From: Obrimoposthia wandeli
Lineage: Eukaryota
Direction of reading: 5' to 3'
Assembly (NCBI GenBank): GCA_977020255.1
Contig: CDROCS010001567.1
Location: forward strand, 1 to 64,000
Length of the DNA: 64,000 nt
Notes under the pieces: model-generated
The model's input: the letters and a program-made list of their open reading frames with translations, nothing else
Databases searched by the model: none
What the model was told of the DNA's origin: nothing
Part shown: piece by piece, positions 11,836 to 24,400 of the stretch
Layout of the letters: the number at the start of each line of letters is the position of its first letter
Position numbering within the stretch: the first letter of the stretch is position 1
Made by a program: the position numbers and the translations under genes

Positions 11836-12372
11836 ATGCAGATGAAGTGCTCTGTATGTATGGAGAAGATTTGGGCGGTATCAGCATCCCCTGTCGGCTG
11901 CCGTCACAAATTTCACGAGGAGTGCCTCTATTTGTGGGCCAAGGCTCGACCCCCCGGCCATATCACATGTCCACTGTGCCGGACACCCTTTGGCAAATGG
12001 ACGCTCCAGAGCCGTGGAAGGCACAAGGGCACCCGATCGCCTGCCAGCTGCATTGGTGGCATACATTGCCAATGCTACGTATGTCTCGCACGCCGGCGCG
12101 ACACACAACTGGGCATCCGCGAGAGATGGCGGTCTAGTCGAGACTGCCACTCGTGGTTCCAGGCCAGACGTCTCTGGATAGAAAATCACGCGATGAACGG
12201 GCAGTATTTCGACCTGTTTGTCGAGCGTACATTCATACTCCGGAGCCAACAACTACACCTGTACAACGGGGACAGTCCGTCCTTTCCCGACCTACCCCTG
12301 GAGCAGGTCCTGCGCTACCTGGCCAGTCGGAACCAGCCGACAATTACAATTGACCTAACTTATGACAATTGA
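11836..12372 (+). CDS. RING-H2 protein 3
   Basis: CSVC..CRHKFHEEC..CPLC plus a tail SCIGGIHCQCYVC; open 178 aa. Confidence 0.85.
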   Translation: MQMKCSVCMEKIWAVSASPVGCRHKFHEECLYLWAKARPPGHITCPLCRTPFGKWTLQSRGRHKGTRSPASCIGGIHCQCYVCLARRRDTQLGIRERWRSSRDCHSWFQARRLWIENHAMNGQYFDLFVERTFILRSQQLHLYNGDSPSFPDLPLEQVLRYLASRNQPTITIDLTYDN

Positions 12373-12544
12373 TCCTTTCCTCCCTTCTTTCCTTCCTAAT
12401 CCTTGGTTATGCATGTAGTTTTGTGTATAGATAATAATGTATAGTCTGAGACTTGCTCCAAATTATACATTATGTTTCCCACTAAAAACCGGGATTTTGA
12501 GAAATTTTGTTTTGGGCATGTTTGATGAATTGAATGACTGATTT

Positions 12545-15500
12545 TGTAGGGATGGACCTAAAATCAACAGCCAGAGGCTTATAAGAGTAAAATCGATACG
12601 TTCCGGGGACGTAACTTTTTGGAACCCCGAGATATGTTAGATTTAGGAATGGAGAAATTATTAAAAATTAAATAATTTATAGTGAAAATGAAAATCCTTG
12701 AAAGCAAGGTTAGAATTTAATTTAATAAATTTTAAAAATCAAAATTAAAATTATTGGGTTAAATAAGATTAAATGTTAGAGGACCACGAAGGTCGTGTGA
12801 AATGTGTAGGTATGTATAGAAATTTATATCTAACAAAAGGGCCCCAAAAAAGATATAGCTCTGCAAGTTATTGCAAGAAAAGAAGACTAATTGGAAAATT
12901 GGAAAAAAGGAAAAGAAGAAGTGCAAACCGGAATTCAGTCGACGTCAGCAGCCACGTCCCGACAGCTGTTCCTGAAGTGAGAAAATTTAATTAATTTATT
13001 TGAAATAAATACTTATCGCAGCAGGCCAGAAGACTGAGTGACAGATCACGTCACCGGGAAGTCATTGGAAAGGCCAGAGCTAAGTAGGCAGCTGGTTTGT
13101 GTCGACTGTGTGAGTCGTTGATTTGAAGTCGCCGAAGGGAGTCGAGGAAAAAGACTATATAGTCTACGGAAATTAGCCCAAAAAATCAATAGTGCAGAGA
13201 GACTAAATTCAGTAGAGAAAACAGAATTCTCAGCCTATACCGACCGATCGGAATTCAACGCCTCAAATTCTCGGTGGAATTCAGTAAGTCCAGAACAAGC
13301 TCTCTAAATTGAATAAAATAATCTGTTGTCGTGAAAGAAATAATAAGATAATTGAATTTTGAGATCATAAGATAAATTGAATAAAATAATCTGTTGTCGT
13401 GAAAGAAATAATAAGATAATTGAATTTTGAGATCATAAGATATTTTGAATAAAATAATCTGTTGTCGTGAAAGAAATAATAAGATAATTGAATTTTGAGA
13501 TCATAAGATATTTTGAATAAAATAATCTGTTGTCGTGAAAGAAATAATAAGATAATTGAATTTAAAGATAATAAGATAATCTGTTGTCGTGAAAGAAATA
13601 ATAAAGAATGGTGAATTTTTGAGATCATAAGATATTTTGAATAAAATAATCTGTTGTCGTGAAAGAAATAATAAGATAATTGAATTTTGAGATCATAAGA
13701 TATTTTGAATAAAATAATCTGTTGTCGTGAAAGAAATAATAAGATAGATCTGAAAGAAATAATAAGATAATTGAATTTTGAGATCATAAGATATTTTGAA
13801 TAAAATAATCTGTTGTCGTGAAAGAAATAATAAGATAATTGAATTTTGAGATCATAAGATATTTTGAATAAAATAATCAAAGAAATAATAAGATAATTGA
13901 ATTTTTGAGATCATAAGATATTTTGAATAAAATAATCTGTTGTCGTGAAAGAAATAATAAGATAATTGAATTTTGAGATCATAAGATATTTTGAATAAAA
14001 TAATCTGTTGTCGTGAAAGAAATAATAAGATAATTGAATTTTGAGATCATAAGATATTTTGAATAAAATAATCTGTTGTCGTGAAAGAAATAATAAGATA
14101 ATTGAATTTTGAGATCATAAGATATTTTGAATAAAATAATCTGTTGTCGTGAAAGAAATAATAAGATAATTGAATTTTGAGATCATAAGATATTTTGAAT
14201 AAAATAATCTGTTGTCGTGAAAGAAATAATAAGATAATTGAATTTTGAGATCATAAGATATTTTGAATAAAATAATCTGTTGTCGTGAAAGAAATAATAA
14301 GATAATTGAATTTTGAGATCATAAGATATTTTGAATAAAATAATCTGTTGTCGTGAAAGAAATAATAAGATAATTGAATTTTGAGATCATAAGATATTTT
14401 GAATAAAATAATCTGTTGTCGTGAAAGAAATAATAAGATAATTGAATTTTGAGATCATAAGATATTTTGAATAAAATAATCTGTTGTCGTGAAAGAAATA
14501 ATAAGATAATTGAATTTTGAGATCATAAGATATTTTGAATAAAATAATCTGTTGTCGTGAAAGAAATAATAAGATAATTGAATTTTGAGATCATAAGATA
14601 TTTTGAATAAAATAATCTGTTGTCGTGAAAGAAATAATAAGATAATTGAATTTTGAGATCATAAGATATTTTGAATAAAATAATCTGTTGTCGTGAAAGA
14701 AATAATAAGATAATTGAATTTTGAGATCATAAGATATTTTGAATAAAATAATCTGTTGTCGTGAAAGAAATAATAAGATAATTGAATTTTGAGATCATAA
14801 GATATTTTGAATAAAATAATCTGTTGTCGTGAAAGAAATAATAAGATAATTGAATTTTGAGATCATAAGATATTTTGAATAAAATAATCTGTTGTCGTGA
14901 AAGAAATAATAAGATAATTGAATTTTGAGATCATAAGATATTTTGAATAAAATAATCTGTTGTCGTGAAAGAAATAATAAGATAATTGAATTTTGAGATC
15001 ATAAGATATTTTGAATAAAATAATCTGTTGTCGTGAAAGAAATAATAAGATAATTGAATTTTTGAGATCATAAGATATTTTGAATAAAATAATCTGTTGT
15101 CGTGAAAGAAATAATAAGATAATTGAATTTTGAGATCATAAGATATTTTGAATAAAATAATCTGTTGTCGTGAAAGAAATAATAAGATAATTGAATTTTG
15201 AGATCATAAGATATTTTGAATAAAATAATCTGTTGTCGTGAAAGAAATAATAAGATAATTGAATTTTGAGATCATAAGATATTTTGAATAAAATAATCTG
15301 TTGTCGTGAAAGAAATAATAAGATAATTGAATTTTGAGATCATAAGATATTTTGAATAAAATAATCTGTTGTCGTGAAAGAAATAATAAGATAATTGAAT
15401 TTTGAGATCATAAGATATTTTGAATAAAATAATCTGTTGTCGTGAAAGAAATAATAAGATAATTGAATTTTGAGATCATAAGATATTTTGAATAAAATAA

Positions 15501-16508
15501 TCTGTTGTCGTGAAAGAAATAATAAGATAATTGAATTTTGAGATCATAAGATATTTTGAATAAAATAATCTGTTGTCGTGAAAGAAATAATAAGATAATT
15601 GAATTTTGTGATCATAAGATATTTTGAATAAAGTAATCTGTTGTCGTGAAAGAAATAATAAGATAATTGAATTTTGTGATCATAAGATATTTTGAATAAA
15701 GTAATCTATTGTCGGGAAGACAATTGAATTTTAGTAAATTACTGTCAAGTAAATTATTGTCGGGAAGACAATTTAAATTGTAGTAAATTATTATTGAGTA
15801 AATTATTGTCGGGAAGACAATTTGAATTTGAATTTTGGTAAAATTATTGTCAAGTAAATTATTTTCGTGAATAAAAATTGAAGCTTTAAATAGTAATTTA
15901 ATCTCGTGAAGACAAATTGAAAATAAACTGATTGTTGGAATCTAAGGAATTTGATAACGTATCCCTATTGTTCATAAGGGAATCTAAACTTAAGAGGACA
16001 TCAATATTGAAGCTAAAATTCAAATCAGTACAGTTTAGAGCAACAAGCTCCCTAAATTCATTCTCTGTTTTAGAGCTTCAGCTCTTTAGGCTACTCAAAT
16101 TTTAGATCAACAGCTCTCTAAAATCAATCCCTATTTTTAGAGTAAAGACTCTAGTGACTCAAACAAACATAACCGTAAAATCGATACGTGGTTCATCCCC
16201 ACTTGTGTAGAGACTTACAGAAGTCTTAGGAATTTTACTACCATTTTTTAGAAAATACGTACGTAAACGTATTGTTGTGTTAGTTACGTGAATTACAAAT
16301 AAACAATTTCCTACATTAGAACAAGTTGTTTTTGCACCCTTCAGAATAAGAGACATCAAATCAAATACCTTCAGATAGAACAAGAGATAGGCAACCATAA
16401 CACTAAGTAGGCCACGACCAACTTTAAGACCTGCTTCTAATCGAACTCACGTTGGGGCCATCCGCACATAAGAGGATCTGTACCAAGTTTCGTATAGAAA
16501 CCCCAACA
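12545..16508 (+). repeat. Putative ~4 kb 3' LTR (left boundary approximate)
   Basis: Non-coding. 16170-16508 aligns by eye with the reverse complement of 56885-57290 (ACCTTCAGAT..GGCCACGA..GAACTCACGTTGGG..GAGGATCT..TATAGAAACCCCAACA). 12779-12805 shares AGGACC..GAAG.GTCGTGTG.AAAT with 53837-53864. No clear PPT found. Confidence 0.6.
13311..15712. repeat. Tandem array of a 68-bp unit, about 35 copies
   Basis: Unit GAATAAAATAATCTGTTGTCGTGAAAGAAATAATAAGATAATTGAATTTTGAGATCATAAGATATTTT (period checked: 13925 to 13993). Near-identical centrally, irregular at the left end and decaying at 15700-15920. No spacers, so not CRISPR. Confidence 0.97.
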
Positions 16509-18559
16509 AATGCATAGGCCTCTTACATGGCATTATTCTACATTTTCCCCTTTAACAAGAGTGAATTCTTTAAATATTTTAATCAATTCACTTGTTCCTT
16601 GTAATTTATATAAATTTTAGTTTTTAAATACTTTAGCTCAGCAGTTTACAAAGGGGGCGATTTTTCTAAAAGGGTCGCATTAAAAAATATTTCGATATTT
16701 CAAATAAAATTATTGAACATTACCATGAAAGAATAATCTTCAATAATTTTACAAAACTATTTTAAAGTTAGAAATTTTTAAAAAGTAGGCTTTGAAAAAC
16801 TACGGAACATGTAGTTTTTTTATATTTTTCCTTTAATACGAAAGAGTAATGTTCAATAATTTTACAAAGCTATTTTTTACGTTAGAAATTTGTTTATAAA
16901 AAAAGCTTTTGAATTAATAAATATAATTGTGTTACTAATTTTTAAGAGGACGCGCAAAAGTTTTCCTTTTGTACTGGGGCACCTTCTAAAAAGTTTGGAA
17001 TTCACTGCTTTATCTATATTTAATTCATATAAGATGGTTAATATTATAAAAATATTTATATTTGATAAAAATAACTAAAATTAACTCAAACTGATAAAAA
17101 GAATAAGCAACTAATATTGTAATTACTTTTAAAATAATATTTTTGAATCATTTTCAAATAATTACATTTGTTTATATACAAAGAAATTTGATACTAATTG
17201 GAACAACTACAAATATACATGTTTATTAAATATTAAAAATGGGATTAATGGTCGAAATTAACAAAGGATTAGTCAGGCCTACTAAGTCATGTCGCTACAG
17301 ATATCACGCTGGTGGGATCTAGAAGAGGATCCTAAAAAAATATTTAAGCAAACCCCAACAAAATAGATTGATTTATGAGCTGGTTCAGTTAAAATGAAAA
17401 CGGATCGTATATATAATTAAAATTAATCTCTAAGAATAACTTTAAAGAAGTCACTCATAAAAGTGAAATTTTTAAAGACTTTAATTTTTTATTTATAACT
17501 ATTAACTATAAGAAAGATATTAAAAAAATATTAAATATAGAATATGTTCATAGTACATTTTCTTGCCAATTCCTCATATTTTTAAATATTTGTAAAAAAC
17601 ATTTTTTAAATCATAAAACATTAATCTTTTTGTTCTTAATTTAACGTACAAAAGACCTAAAACTGCTGATAATATCTAACCATTATTGCATAACCTCACT
17701 ATTTTTGGATGTTGGGAAAGTTACTGTCAGTATATTTAATGACATAGATCTTCATTTACATCCGTACTGATGATGAGTTTTCAAAAATAGAACATGTTTT
17801 CAATATAATTTTTAAATATACCAATTCTTAATATTTTAATTTTTAATAAAAATGTATAAAAGAATAGGATCAAATTTGACACACATATTGATTTAATTTA
17901 AAATGTTTTAAAACATCACTTATTGGTTAAATTTCCAAATTTGTGAAGAACTTTAATCAATCTCTTTCTGCATGTTTGATAAACAGCATATTGAACATTT
18001 CATCTATTTTTTGAACTATCGATAGAAAATACGTTTCAATAACTTTTTCGTCAAAGGCCTTGTAACTGTGGAATTTCAAAAAATCCTAGATTAGACAACT
18101 AATTATTCACCAAACATCTTCCGCTATGTTCAAAACGGGATTTTACGTGTCATTCTAATGTGTTTAGCACTGATCTGAACAAAATTTATTCGGATATTTT
18201 GGTCGTATGAACTCTACAATTATCTCTTTGATAGTAAAAACCAATTTTATAATAGTAACATTATAATCCTTAATATTTATATATAATGTGATGTGAACTG
18301 ATATGAACAATCCCTTAAACTTTCGATAAGAAAGAAGACCAGTAGATAAAAATATTAATCAAATCATGGTTGTATCACCTTCACAAACTCTCGTTTGAAC
18401 TTGAATTTTTTTTTCTATATTCCGTGTCATCTAGTCATTTGGTCTAAATAATGTAAATATGTTTTCACACTTAAATATTATCTTGTTCCAATCAACATGT
18501 ACAACTGCATTCATTTGATGTTAGTCTATATTCAGTTTCTTTAATGCCATCGAGTTGAT

Positions 18560-18810
18560 GGTAGCGTCTGTTGTCCATACCTATCTGGTTTTCTTCTGCC
18601 AAGTTCAGAAATTCGCATATTTCTTGAGAAATACATATCCTTTTCTTCTGATCTCCGGCTGCAAATAGTGGATGACAAAGGGCCATTTTAAGACCTTGGA
18701 TGCGTAATTCAAAAAACCTATTGCCTCATCGGAAAAGTCATCGTGAGGTGTCGTGCTTTGTCTATGATTGCGATTTGGTAGAATGCTATTTTGAGATCAA
18801 CTCGCATAGC
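18560..18810 (-). mobile_element. Highly decayed reverse-transcriptase-like fragment
   Basis: Minus-strand translation VDLKIAFYQIAIIDKARHLT resembles the RT DLxxAF/YxQI motif; family not assignable. Confidence 0.35.
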
Positions 18811-19149
18811 ATTATATCCTCTTGGTAGCTTATAAATAGATATGATATGAAATATCCCAATAATTTATTTGTTTTCTTACGTCGCATCGACAATCTTTTC
18901 GAGCAACTTTTTACTCAGAACATATACATGTGCAAATGAGCAATATTAATCCTCTGGGTTAACAGTTTGATAAATAATAGTATATCAATTGATTGGAGAA
19001 ATTCTACAACAATATCATGCATCTGAAAAAGTCGTGCAAACACTTGCCTTTGAAGAGCCATCTCAGATGCGTATGCAGTAAATCTGAAAAAGTCGATCGT
19101 TCAAAGATCTGACCTTGATTTTGTCCACATAATCTATTACAAAGGATAG

Positions 19150-20300
19150 GGTTTTATTGAGACGCACAAAAAGAGTATTGGCTGTCAAATACTGGCAATG
19201 AATGGTACAATGAATACCAAAATGGTTGGTAATGTATTCTTAAAATATGCAGTAAGTATAGCATAGCGACGTATCATGGAAGAGGCACCATCAGTTTCCT
19301 TTTGCTAAATAAAATTTTTTAGCTTTTATAAATCACTATACCAGTGGTGTTGGTTGACAAACTTTTGCAAAAAGCCATTTTTTCATGTTATACCCTTGCA
19401 CGGATGAACGTCACACATACACAGGACTGTATTAACTTAAAGGAAAGGAAATTAGATTTCAAAAGTCACTTGTTTAATTTATCTTTCAATTGGAAGAAGC
19501 ACCAGTTTTTGTTGTTCAATAATCGTACGCAAATAATTATCTATTATTTTTATTTTTGAAAACGACCTTAGTCTTTCATAACTGGATCCAATTTTTGAAA
19601 TGTAAATTCCAAAAACAGTGTGAACGTTTGGAAAACTCGACACTAATTTTTTATTTATTTGTGCGGCAATCAATTCGGACGCTCACATTTTGCTATCAAC
19701 TATTTTTTACATTTTAGGAGATATGTATGGCAATGTTCCCTGAAGGTTGATTCATCAAACTAAATCGCAAATTCTGTTTGCTTGAAGTACTCACATAGTA
19801 GTTTTTCATTATTCATTATTCATTTTTCATTAACACTTATTTCATCGATGCGACACCGTATTTTTGCTAAGGAGAATCTTTAGCATATTTGCTGCAAACA
19901 TATACCGCACTGTAAATTTCATACACATCAGGTACAAGAAGTGATTCAGCAATATTGTGAGGCTTACCACACTTCACTATAATCTGCGACAGATTTTGAT
20001 CCCAAAAAAACAGTTTCACATTATATGACAGCTTTTTTAGAAGAGGGATGAGACTATCGGTCACTTGCAAAATATCTCTTTCATGATTCGGAACAGCTAA
20101 AGATTATAGCGTAGCTTTTCTGAATATTTCTTCGAGAAATGATCTTCGAACCTTGGCGGCTTTATTGTCTCCTTATAAAACGAAGTCTCACAAACAAGAC
20201 AAGATGCCGTTACTTCTCGTGCTTATCATCGTTTTTGTATATGCGGAGGGAGCAAATTTTGCAGCACCTTTAAGCTCATTTCGGATTGGACGTTGAAGGT
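19150..20300 (-). mobile_element. hAT (Buster/Charlie-like) transposase remnant
   Basis: IVKCGKPHNIAESLLVP, TVSHRIDEIS, ETDGASSM and IHCTIH motifs in broken frames. Confidence 0.7.
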
Positions 20301-21414
20301 ATTACCTTACCCCTTTTTCAGTCTCATAATGCATCAAGATTTGTAATTTTGTTTCAAATGTAGTTTTTTTTCAAATTCCATTACTTTGTTGCTCATAATT
20401 ATGGTTATAAAGTTACTAATTTTGAATATAATTCACTTAAATAATTTTTTTCAAATATTAAACTTTCCAGAAAAAACAATAAAAAATATTTTTAGAAAAT
20501 CGATAATGTTAACAGATGAAAATATGTACATAAGTCACGGCTTGCTTTCCTTAAATGTTAGATTTTATTTGGCGACACAACTACAAAGCGACGCAAATCT
20601 CAGTATTGGTGTAGTGCTGTTCTACTTAAAAATGGAATGTAAAATGTCATTGCAAAAGAAACAACTTTGAAGCACCGATTTTATTGTATTGGCAAAATGA
20701 TTTCGAAACATCGAATTTACAGAAAATATGGCAAATGAATCATGTGCCTGCGAAATTCAAGTGTATGTGAGAAATGCCATTATAGAAGAGGAATTCCAAA
20801 GTATAATTTTGGATTTATTTAGTGGTAAACGGAAAACAAAGTAATAACATGCATGTTTACATTTCAGGAAAATCCCAATCAAAACTTTTGGTGATCTCCA
20901 CGACAATAATAAATCAAAATACTTTCTTAACAGATTCGCGGCTTCGGTTATTTGAAGTTACAAACCGCTAAGATGTGTAATGATCGTTTGATTTCGCACG
21001 ATGAAATATTTGGTACAGTTAAATCTATATTTTCCGAAGATGACTTTCAGCTGAAACTACTCAAAACTTTTAGATACTTTAAATATAGATTGTATAAAAT
21101 ATTCTTTTAATTTCAGAGCATTTTTATATTGCTCAGTGCGAATGTAAAAGAGTGTTAAAATGCCGGTAATATGTTGTTCTCCGGATTAAATGCAGAATCT
21201 ATCACAAATGCATTGCAATTTCCCAGACCAATAAATATCACTAACTTTACCCCGCCACTTCACAACTCAAATAATAAAAAAAGCAATTCAAAGTTTATAA
21301 AAGTATTCGAAAATGGGAATTTAAGTCTCGATATAAAATGATTAATTCACAAGTGGTTTAAAAATCAATTGTGGAGTCAGTCAAAAATCACTGGATGTCT
21401 CGCGTGGTGGGAAA

Positions 21415-24400
21415 TCAAACCAAGAAGGGACTGTCGATGTAACCGAACCCTGCAGCAACTCCCCCTTCGTTTGTGTCAAATTTCTTGCTGCGCAGGATGT
21501 GACCACACTGGAAATTGGCGTGGATCTCGGTAGCCGATCTGAAGCAAACGGAAGAAAGTTCTCGACTAAATGTATAGTAACCCTCAGTATACTATAACTT
21601 TCTAGGGGGAAGTTAAAAAGAAAAATTAATGTACAGAAAGTCAATTTAAACTTAAATTGCGCCGAAGTCAACAAGATAAACTAAAAATCCTTTCAACATA
21701 CAAAAAATATCATAAACAAAAATTTATTCAACATTTTGTCAAATTGTCTACTTAAAAAAAGTAGTTTAAACTTTGAAATATATTTTTTTTAAAACTAATA
21801 AAAAATGTTCTACTAAATGATATGGCAAAAATCCACAAGCAGATAAGATAAGATTCATCTACTTACTCACTGGATTGGACAGTCTAGTTCATTTGCATAA
21901 AAAGATTCTTTGTTGGTTGTGCAGACAAATTCGAACTGCGCTGTACAAAGCAACAAGGCCAAGACACTATTGAAACTAAGGAAAGGCTCTTTCTTCTACT
22001 GCGAAGCATTAGCCGGGAAGCTGTCGAGGAGACAAAAGAGGCCATGTTGAGCAATTGCATAGCTTGTATAGTTTGACTGTTGACTTTGTTAGTACACTTC
22101 AATATAAAAACTGTACATAATGTGAATACCCTTCCTATGAAAACCCGCACCTGTATATACGTACCAGGAATCAAATAGAAAACAATCATCTAGAAATGCG
22201 ATTTTATATTTAACTAACTGCATGTGTGTAGGTTTGAAAAAGAAAATTATTTTGTTTGACTGGTTTAACTTGTTTACTTTCTAGCACTAAAGTTGATAAA
22301 TGAATGATCCTGTGGAATTTCGCAATGTTATCCGATTTCTGTTACTGAAAGATCACAAATCCTAGCTGAATTACAATATACATATAAAAGTGATGCCCCG
22401 AGAAAGACGATAAATTATGCATGGATGAATGAATTTTCATTCGGACAAGGAAGTGGCCTTGTGACAGAGAAATTGGGAAGACCTATAAAAATTTGAAACG
22501 TATAGTTTCGCGTGATAAGGTTTTCCAAAGAGAACTTGCATCACGTGTCAAAGACATTGCAGAAAGAATTCGAAAATCTGCAACAAATTTGTTCCAAAGT
22601 TTATGAGTGAGCATTATTGGGTGATTTGGTTGAAATGTTTTGGATAACATTATCACAAATAGCTTCTATATCCCACTATCCTGGCGAGAGTCCCGTGAGT
22701 GGAAATTGCCAGAGGAAGCCACACAAGTTCATTCATAACGGAACAAGTCATTTCGAGTGCCTTATGTTAACTGTGTTTAGACAACAAGGAGCTCTAAGAG
22801 TTCATTTTACGGCTGGATTATGCGGTAATGATAACAAGGAAAATTAAACGAAATCCACGCGGTGGAACACTATTTTGGCTCCACGACAATGCACCGTTTC
22901 ACACAGCCAAAATCGTAGCATTTACGATTGATACAAGTGGACTGCAGACGTTGCATCACCCTCCATACAGCGAAGATATCGGGCCCAGAATTTTGTGGAT
23001 AGTAACCCCAGAATTATTCAAATTGGGCTTTGATAAGTTTGTGCAAAAGTGGACTAAATGTGAAGAAAACCAGAGACGTTTTGTGGAAAAAGTATGTACA
23101 TTCCAAACGTTCATACATATAGATAGATAAAAAATTGTTTACATATGATTTTTCTCTCTATGGGTCCAGGTACTTTTTATCCACATGACATATTACTCAA
23201 TAAAAATAAGAAAAGCTAAAGTCATACATTCAAAATAAGTAAAAGTAAATTTACAGATAGTTCTTTAACTTTATTTTCCTAAGAGTCGTACCATTCGTAT
23301 CAGCGCATCGCTTTCGATAAAGAAAAAACGGTTAAAGAAAATATATTTCATTTTAAATTTGTTTACAAGAATATGATTTCAAACAGCCAATGATGATTAT
23401 TCAGATTTTCAAATTTAACGATTGCTTGCGAAAATGTTTCAATTGTAAATAATTATAACCAGGCATAACATCGAAAATAAAAGGGAAATAAATAATTTTA
23501 GCGTTTTGTGGTTTCCAGTTTCTAAACTGTTTTTAGAAGAATTTACAAGGACCCATAAAAGCTATAAGCTTAAAATAAAGGCATGGCTTTTAAAAAAATA
23601 TAACGCCCAAAGTTGATACATTTCACGGCACTTTTCCCTAATGGCTTTCGAGAAACGGAAAACTGGCACATTTACAATTTTAGATTTTAATTAAATACTT
23701 ATAAGTAAAAGTGATTTATTTAAAAAATATGATCAATTAATATTATAAAGATAACATTTTCTAATACATTTATGTATTTCACATTAGCTGTTATTTTACT
23801 ATAAATTATAACGAAAATCAATCAAAATGTTACTCTTAGGTATTTATTATTGGACCACTTATAAAATGGACATTGTACTACTCATAACAAAAATCCATAG
23901 ATATATGGAATCAATTAAAATCTACTGTAAATATATTAGACCACGACTTAATTATATTTAAAATTTTTGGCATTAAAAAAATGATTAACTACTCAACTAG
24001 GTTTTCAGAGTCAATCAAATTGAAACGACACCATATATAATTTTCTGTCAAAATAAATTTTTCGTATTATATAAAAATACTCATTTTTTAAGATACTACC
24101 AAAGTCGATGAAGAACAAAGACCTTATATTACATATATGAGCTTCATTGTCAGCATGATTCCCCCTGGAAACCGCAAAGAGTATCATAAATCTCACCCAA
24201 GGAAAACTCCGAAAATGCCCAACTCCGAGACCATTTTTTCCTCGTAAACTTGTGCACTGTCGCCAGGCAGCACCAGATTCTGAAATTGCGGTGGGAATAT
24301 TCTCTGCATCAGCACATATTCATGCTGAGTTCGAGACCCGTTCACTCGCGACAGCTGCTGTGTCATCTCTTCTGCACGAAAATGAGTGGTGTGTTTTGTT

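Larger units (their letters stand above)
1..16508 (+). mobile_element. Giant Ty3/Gypsy LTR retroelement with accessory cargo, decayed; 5' LTR and gag lie upstream of the window
   Basis: PR-RT-RH-IN order diagnostic of Ty3/Gypsy, recognised across frameshifts; accessory ORFs continue to 12372; long LTR-like terminus ends ...GAAACCCCAACA at 16508, the same end as the related LTR at 56885. Confidence 0.9.

Noticed and set aside
13311-15712. CRISPR array, or the repetitive ORF 13365-13880
   Set aside because: Units are head-to-tail identical with no unique spacers, there are no cas genes, and the context is eukaryotic; the ORF is only a translation of the repeat.
24130-24196. A 32-nt intron and extra GSS exon right after exon 8
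   Set aside because: The resulting peptide does not match GSS, and the true last exon at 21538-21415 fits in both phase and sequence.
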